Origin: Rhizaria sp. SCN 62-66 | Lineage: Eukaryota | Direction of reading: 5' to 3' | NCBI GenBank assembly: GCA_001724265.1 | Contig: MEDY01000039.1 | Location: forward strand, 62,001-117,165 | DNA length: 55,165 nt | In this document: positions 49,253 through 55,165 of the stretch, piece by piece | Position numbering within the stretch: position 1 is the stretch's first letter | Layout: the number at the start of each line of letters is the position of its first letter | Notes under the pieces: generated by a model | Seen by the model: the letters and a program-made list of their open reading frames with translations, nothing else | The model's database searches: none | What the model was told of the DNA's origin: nothing | Program-made: the position numbers and the translations under genes

Positions 49253-52200
49253 ATGTCTTTGTTCTCGAACAAGGAGTGGTGGTCGTTCAACCCCGACCAA
49301 GTCGAAGAATGCGATACCGGTTGCCTATGCGTCGCCAACATCGATAATAACACAGACGGCCAGTCCAAGATCATCACAGGAAACTTTTCCGGTACTCTCC
49401 GCGTTTTTTGCTTCCCCGCGGCCGAGTCCCCGACCGCCGCCGCCCCGCGCGCGCTGACATACAGCTCCGAGCACATGCTGCTCGAGCAAACGTTACCGGC
49501 GCCTATTTTGCAACTCACCGCGGGCCGCTTCATGTCCCCTGCCACGGGACTCGCGCTCGCCGTGTTGCACCCGCGCCAGCTTGCCGTCTACGCTGTCATC
49601 CCGAGTGACAACACAAAATCCACCGGTTTATCGTCGTTTCTCACTCTTAATCTGCTTTACCAACACCCGATCCCTCGTTCGGCGTTTAACATGGTTGGCG
49701 GTCCATTTCTCCGCCCACCCGGCGCGGCCGCCTCAGCCGCCACGTCCCCCGCCGCCGGTTCTGCGCCGGCGTCCCCTTCACAGGCCTCAGCCGGCCCGCC
49801 CCCCGCCGCGGCTGTCTCAGACTGCATCTGCGTGCAAAGCATGGATGGTGAGCTCGCTTTCTTCTCCCATTCTTCGCATTTGTTCTCCTGCCAGCTGCCC
49901 GACTTCACCGTCCCCGGTCCCATCGCGTACCATTCGCTCACAAACACGCTTGTGACTGCAAACGCGGCGATGGAAATCCAGGCGTTCAGCTTCGCGTCGT
50001 TAAGCCAGGCCGCCTCCACCGCCACAGCCACTAGCAGCTCCACTGCTTTAACCGCTGCCGGCGGAGGTGTTGGCGGTGGCGCGGCGCCGAGGGTAATCCG
50101 CGTTCCGCCTACTGGCGTCAGCGCGAGCGCCAACGCTTCGGCCTCGGCGGCGGCGGCACGCGCGCGCATCGCAGCCGCCGCAGCCGCATCCGGCGGAGGC
50201 TCTGGCTCTAACGCTGCCCCGGCCTCAGTGCCTGAAGACGGCGAGGATAACGACCAAGCAGAGGCTGATGACGCAGTCAACGCCGACATTAACAACATCA
50301 TCGCCGCCAGAGACGCCGCCGACGTCTCCGGTGCTCACGGCGGTACGCATGGTCATGGGTTACCGCGCCTCGTGACTGCGACTGCCGCGTGGACGCGCAA
50401 CCTCGGCGACCACGCCATCTCGCTTTTCACAGCGCGTCTGCACCGGCCGTCGTCACTCTCCCCTGGCGCGCCTTTGCCGCTAGACCTCGTCGTCGTCGCC
50501 GAGCACGGCATGTACATTCTCCGCGCTGACACGGGCGCTCTGCGGCTGCAACGGCGGCTCGAATACGACCCCGCGTGCGCTGCGCCGTATACAGTCTCGC
50601 GGCGCGCGGCAGAGACTGCGGCGGCGACGGGGGTCGACACCAGCGCCGTGGGGACCGTCACGCTGCAGCATCTGCTCGTCGCCAGTCACCAGCGTGCGCT
50701 GTTGGTGTACCGCGACACGACTGTGGTGTGGGTGTCGCGCATGGAGGAGCCGCAGACGGACAAGAGCGTCGCCACTCTCACCAACAGCAGCAGCAGCGGC
50801 GCCGATAAGAGCGGCGGTGGTCTCAGCGGCGTGCAGAGCGCTGTTGTAGCTGCGAACGGCACCGCCAGCAGCAACGGCGTCGGCGCGCTGGGCGCAGAGG
50901 GCACCGCAGTCGTCGTCCAGTGCGCTGTCGGCACCTTTTCCGGTGTGTACGGCCTCGTCGTCACTCTCTACGACTCCGGCCGGCTCACCGTTACCTACCT
51001 GGGTACAGACCCCGACCTCGCCGCCGCCACTGCCGCCACGGCCGCCGCGCGGGCGGACGCCGGCACTGAGCGCGAGGCCGGCTACGCGGAGATGGAGGCC
51101 GAGACGCGCCGGCTCAACCAGCACACAAAGGCGGTGCTTGCGGCCGGTGGCGCGGCGGGCGCGGCGGCTGCTGCCTCTGCCGCTGCCGCGGTCACGGCCG
51201 GGGGAGGCACGCCCGCCGCCGCTGCCGCCGCCGCAGCCGTCGCGGCGGCCGGCGCCGCGCCCTACATCGACGTGACGGTCTCAGCGGCCTCGGTAGCGTC
51301 CTTTCCGGACATTGTCGCGACGGCCACAGCCGCCGCTGGCGCTGGCGCTGGCGCGGGCGCTGACTCGGCCACTGGAGGCCCGGCGCCGTCAGTGCCTGTG
51401 CCGCCGCAATACGCGCGTGCCCCGGCCTGGGCGCCCCAGCGCAGCGCCAACAGCAATACGACGCCCGTTTCTTTGCTGAGCACCGAGGCCTGGGCGCAGC
51501 GCCGGCGGTCCCCGCTGCCACCCGCGGTCATGCGTACCGTCGGCCGCTTTGTCTACGGCGTCGCCGAGGTCGTCATAGCACTGCGGCCCGCGGCGCACGC
51601 GCCCTCCGCCGCCGCCGCGCTGGCGCTGGGGCTGCGCGACGTGACCGTGAGCGTGTCCGCAGACTCGTCCGCCGTGCTTGAATGCGAGACCTGGGTGTTC
51701 CCGGCGCTTCCGGGGCCAGCGCTGGGCGGTGCGCACGCCGTCGCCACGCCCGACGCGAGCGGCAACGGGGTGACTGTGCGCATCCCAGTGTATTATCGCA
51801 TCGCCGCCGCTGTTATCCCGGCCACTCTTGCGCTCACGGTCACGGTTGATTACGCTGCGCCGGCGCCTCCACTCGCAGACGGCGCCGCCCAACCGCAACC
51901 CCAGTTGCATAGTTTGGCGGATGACGCCCGTTGGGAGCCGCGCTGCAGCAACGCCAACGTAATGCTCCCGTTTGACTGCTTTGCGCTCGCCGTTGCGCCT
52001 GTCAAAGACGCCGTCGCCGCTGTCACCATCGACACGTCCGCGTCCGCCGCCGCGCCGCTCACCTCTCTCTTCCCCGACTTACTCGCCCCTGCGATCGCGT
52101 TATCGCCGGAAGTCGCGCGCACCGCGGCCGGCGTGCTCACAGTCGCTCTCCCGACCGGCGCCGTCGCCACAGTCATCGGCTCTAAGAAGGGCGGCCGCTA

Positions 52201-53098
52201 CCGTGTCCAGGCCTCGCACCCGGCCGCGCTCGCTGTCATGACCGCGGAAGTTGTCGCGCGGCTTAACTTAGCCTCCGCCGCCACGCAGGGCGGGCTCGCA
52301 GTTGCGCACCGCGAGGATCTCCCCTTGGATCTGCTTGAAACCGCAATCCGCGCGCACTGGGGGGCGCGCGAGTCTCTCTGCGCGGCGCATTCGGCGCTCG
52401 CGGCGCGCGCGGCACAACACCGGGCGCTGCAGAAGCGCGCTCTCACTGGTGCTCGCGGTGGCGGCGGCGGCCCTGGCGCTGCTGGTGCTGGTGCTGCTGG
52501 TGGTGGTGCGGCTGTTGATGGGCTTGCGCTTGTGTTGCGGCAAGTGTTCGAGTCAGTGTCTGCGGCGGCGATCGCTGTGGAAGACGCCCAGGCTGCTGTA
52601 TCTGCACGTGCGGGGGAGCTCCGCGCTGTGCTGGCGCTCACAGTCACTCTGGCACGGCTCAACTTCTCGCTCGACGGAAAGAACGCCGAGTTGCTCAAGA
52701 TGTATCTGCCCACGGTCGTTACGGACTCACCGATGCCGTCGATCGAAGACACCGCGTCTTCTGCCGACGCGGACGCCACGGCGGTGGTGTCCCATAACGG
52801 GGAGACGGGGGCGACCGTTGGCGCGACCGCCGGGTTCGAGCCCCAAGGCTGGGAAGAAACCGCGCTTGCATCAGTCAAATTCATCTTGCATACGTCACTG
52901 CGGCGCCAGATTCCCGGCGCTGCGGCTGCGGCTGCGGCGGCGACCGGGCAGGGGCAAGATGACGTCGCGCTGGCTGAGGTCGACGGCGGGCTGACACTGG
53001 CGCCGGTCAAGGACGTTGGTGCTGTTGTCGCGGCTGTTAGGGAGCTGTTCGAGTTGATGAAGAAAGGGGCGCGGTTTGTTGTGAGCAAGAACAAGTAA
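49253..53098 (+). CDS. BBS9: BBSome subunit BBS9 / PTHB1, 1,281 aa, single exon
   Basis: N-terminus MSLFSNKEWWS...EECDTGCLCVANIDN...KIITGNFSGTLRVF; PILQL..GRF; LAVLHPR.L.VY; AFNM..GPF; ICVQSMDG.L; PGPIAY; YLGTDP; SKKGGRYRVQ; GWEE. Confidence 0.95.
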   Translation: MSLFSNKEWWSFNPDQVEECDTGCLCVANIDNNTDGQSKIITGNFSGTLRVFCFPAAESPTAAAPRALTYSSEHMLLEQTLPAPILQLTAGRFMSPATGLALAVLHPRQLAVYAVIPSDNTKSTGLSSFLTLNLLYQHPIPRSAFNMVGGPFLRPPGAAASAATSPAAGSAPASPSQASAGPPPAAAVSDCICVQSMDGELAFFSHSSHLFSCQLPDFTVPGPIAYHSLTNTLVTANAAMEIQAFSFASLSQAASTATATSSSTALTAAGGGVGGGAAPRVIRVPPTGVSASANASASAAAARARIAAAAAASGGGSGSNAAPASVPEDGEDNDQAEADDAVNADINNIIAARDAADVSGAHGGTHGHGLPRLVTATAAWTRNLGDHAISLFTARLHRPSSLSPGAPLPLDLVVVAEHGMYILRADTGALRLQRRLEYDPACAAPYTVSRRAAETAAATGVDTSAVGTVTLQHLLVASHQRALLVYRDTTVVWVSRMEEPQTDKSVATLTNSSSSGADKSGGGLSGVQSAVVAANGTASSNGVGALGAEGTAVVVQCAVGTFSGVYGLVVTLYDSGRLTVTYLGTDPDLAAATAATAAARADAGTEREAGYAEMEAETRRLNQHTKAVLAAGGAAGAAAAASAAAAVTAGGGTPAAAAAAAAVAAAGAAPYIDVTVSAASVASFPDIVATATAAAGAGAGAGADSATGGPAPSVPVPPQYARAPAWAPQRSANSNTTPVSLLSTEAWAQRRRSPLPPAVMRTVGRFVYGVAEVVIALRPAAHAPSAAAALALGLRDVTVSVSADSSAVLECETWVFPALPGPALGGAHAVATPDASGNGVTVRIPVYYRIAAAVIPATLALTVTVDYAAPAPPLADGAAQPQPQLHSLADDARWEPRCSNANVMLPFDCFALAVAPVKDAVAAVTIDTSASAAAPLTSLFPDLLAPAIALSPEVARTAAGVLTVALPTGAVATVIGSKKGGRYRVQASHPAALAVMTAEVVARLNLASAATQGGLAVAHREDLPLDLLETAIRAHWGARESLCAAHSALAARAAQHRALQKRALTGARGGGGGPGAAGAGAAGGGAAVDGLALVLRQVFESVSAAAIAVEDAQAAVSARAGELRAVLALTVTLARLNFSLDGKNAELLKMYLPTVVTDSPMPSIEDTASSADADATAVVSHNGETGATVGATAGFEPQGWEETALASVKFILHTSLRRQIPGAAAAAAAATGQGQDDVALAEVDGGLTLAPVKDVGAVVAAVRELFELMKKGARFVVSKNK

Positions 53099-53678
53099 AA
53101 AAGCTCACGTTCGACGTAAGCATCAACTATTGTAATATTGGTTGAAGATTATATGATATATCTCATGAAGACTTAACTCCGAGTCAAGTGCGAGGGAACT
53201 TGCGCGGCTAATACGAGCATCACTGGTTACATAGAGCATACACTGATTTCCTTTCACAGATATGGTCATGATAGTCACTGTCAGCGCAGGCACTGAGCGA
53301 CGATGAGATAGTATACATGAGATAGTGCTGTTTGGTGCTATCGGGACTAGTTCGCAAGTTCAGTTCTCTCGCGAGTGTCTGGTGGTTCGACCTGACCACA
53401 AACGAGCTTTTTGGTGACAGCTGACCGAGAGGGCGGCCGAGTCGAACTTTGGTGCGAGATCGGTGCCCGTCTTAAGCTGTCTCTGTAGCAATTAAATGCA
53501 GTTCTACGGAAAAGTTACAATCATATTTAGATCAAAACTTTCCTCAGATATAATCTCTTAAATTTTAACGCTCCAAACTCCTCAGTAGCGTCAACTTAGC
53601 GTGATTTTCCAAATTTGCTCTGAACCTCACGTGCGCTCATCTTGTCGTCTCTCTCCGCATCCGTTCTACAGCCTGCAG

Positions 53679-54533
53679 ATGCTTTCCCGTGCCATTTCCC
53701 GCGGTGCGGCGCCCGTTGTGCGTGTGATGCCCGCTTCTGCGATGTCTTCCGTGCTTTCTCGCGCCGGCTCCGCCCCCCTGCGCGTGTTCTCAGCTCTCCC
53801 TTCGGCTACTTCTGCTAAGTCCCGCGCCGCTGCCCGCCTCTCTGTCCTCACTATGGCCTCGGCCCCGCTTGCTCGTGCCTCCGCGCTCCCTGCCGACCTT
53901 TCCGCCGTGCTCCGCGGCATCCCTGGCATTGCGTCCACCCGCTCTTTCTCCGCTGCCCCCAATGCGAACCCCATTGCCAGCGCCACCACCAGCGCCGCCC
54001 TCCCTGCCGCTGCCGCTGCCCCTGCCTCCTCCGGCTCCGGTTCCGGCTCCAACGCCGGCGCTAGCTCCGGCGCGGGCGCTACTGACACGACGACCCAGAA
54101 GGTTGGCCGCCTGCGTCACATGATGCAGGTCTACGGCCCCATTGCCATCGGCACCTACTTGGGCATTTACGTCATCGTTCTCGGCTGCATTTTCCTATTC
54201 GTCAACTCATCCTTTGGCATGACGGCGCAGGAAGTCATCGCTATGGTCGAGGGCTGGGGCATCCTCTCCGAGTCCCTCAAGAAGCGTCTCGACGGCATGG
54301 TTGAGGGCGCGTCCCCACTCATGGTGAACTTCGCTGCCGCGTGGATCCTCACCAAGTTCACCGAGCCGCTGCGTCTCGTCATCGCAGGCGCGCTCACCCC
54401 GCGCGTGGCGCGCTGGATCGGCAAGGCTCCGGCCTCGGGACCCGGCGCCGCGGCCGCTGCGGCGGCGCTGTTTCTGCTCCCGGCGCGCGAGGAGCAGCGC
54501 AAGCGCCAGCAGCAGGACGAGACCGCGCACTGA
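53679..54533 (+). CDS. FAM210/DUF1279-family mitochondrial membrane protein (284 aa)
   Basis: Long presequence ending in STRSFS; RLRHMMQVYGPIAIGTY followed by a hydrophobic helix; FAAAWILTKFTEPLRL...TPRVARW matches the DUF1279 pattern. True ATG at 53679; TGA stop. Confidence 0.82.
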   Translation: MLSRAISRGAAPVVRVMPASAMSSVLSRAGSAPLRVFSALPSATSAKSRAAARLSVLTMASAPLARASALPADLSAVLRGIPGIASTRSFSAAPNANPIASATTSAALPAAAAAPASSGSGSGSNAGASSGAGATDTTTQKVGRLRHMMQVYGPIAIGTYLGIYVIVLGCIFLFVNSSFGMTAQEVIAMVEGWGILSESLKKRLDGMVEGASPLMVNFAAAWILTKFTEPLRLVIAGALTPRVARWIGKAPASGPGAAAAAAALFLLPAREEQRKRQQQDETAH

Positions 54534-55165
54534 GTACGGCACTGAGTATCTGTGATATATAACTTATTTGCGATATATGCAGTTAATCACGATTGATTGA
54601 GTGTCTATGAGCATAACAGACAATGAATGACTCCAAAAAGAACGGATACATCAAGCTGTGGCGAGTGGCAAATGGCCATTTACTCCCTTGCCTGCGACAC
54701 AAGTCTTACGACAAACAGGCTTGAACTCAGGGTTGCTTTTTTCTTCTTTCCTCTACCTAACATCTATAATATTATCAAATATCTTTCTATTGCTGCTTGT
54801 GCAGCGCTAGGATCATCAAATCTCAAAAACAACAACAACGACAACAAAAGTATCACTCACTCGACGACTATAACCTTGAGTAGTTAAGTAGTTTTATGAC
54901 GAGTTTTGTTCTTCGGTAGCGATATCTATATGATTAATATACACAAGAACACTTTCAAACGTCACGTGATAATTTGTTTTGTTTTGGACATGTGCTCGGA
55001 GAGCACACGATACTTTTGTATTTGTGGCGATACAGAGGTGACGCTGAACACGACTCAAAGTGGCGCGGCGGTCAGGGAACAACAACAGTAACGAAGAATG
55101 AATATGAAATAGACAATAAGAAAAAGAGAGATACACACACACGGTTTCGTAGTTGAGAGCATAAC

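Noticed and set aside
53303..53326. Short direct repeat ATGAGATAGT x2
   Set aside because: Isolated 10-nt duplication with no array or element structure.
53380..53400. GGTTCGA T-loop/B-box-like sequence
   Set aside because: No T-stem, cloverleaf or matching A-box could be built; not a tRNA.
1..55165. CRISPR arrays, transposons, viral inserts, rRNA, inteins
   Set aside because: No repeat-spacer arrays, terminal repeats, transposase/RT/integrase motifs, rRNA-like sequence or intein terminal motifs were seen.
54534..55165. Short ORFs at the right edge
   Set aside because: AT-rich, without the local codon bias; looks like UTR or intergenic sequence.

Overview
Compact, GC-rich nuclear DNA from a flagellated eukaryote (a protist; I cannot name the taxon). 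There are nine protein-coding genes separated by short AT-richer spacers, with seven GT-AG spliceosomal introns of 130-204 nt. In order: NDUFV1 (-, 4 exons, runs off the left edge and is missed by the ORF track); a single-exon ~7,477-aa SZT2 (KICSTOR scaffold) homologue (-); a mitochondrion-targeted PPR-like protein with a degenerate SMR-like C-terminus (-); a CSB/ERCC6/Rad26 SNF2 helicase (+) whose N-terminal exon carries one in-frame TAG; mitochondrial malate dehydrogenase (-); CFAP65 (+, 3 exons); an orphan mitochondrion-targeted winged-helix-like protein (-); BBS9/PTHB1 (+); and a FAM210/DUF1279 protein (+). The main points of interest are: strict alternation of small mitochondrial genes with giant Ala-inflated non-mitochondrial genes, three pairs of them head-to-head; the in-frame TAG in a window where no gene ends in TAG; invariant C at +4 of all splice donors; AG immediately before 6 of 9 start codons; and shared motifs in the divergent promoters. 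I found no rRNA, tRNA, CRISPR or transposon. Gene identities come from recalled family motifs, not database searches.
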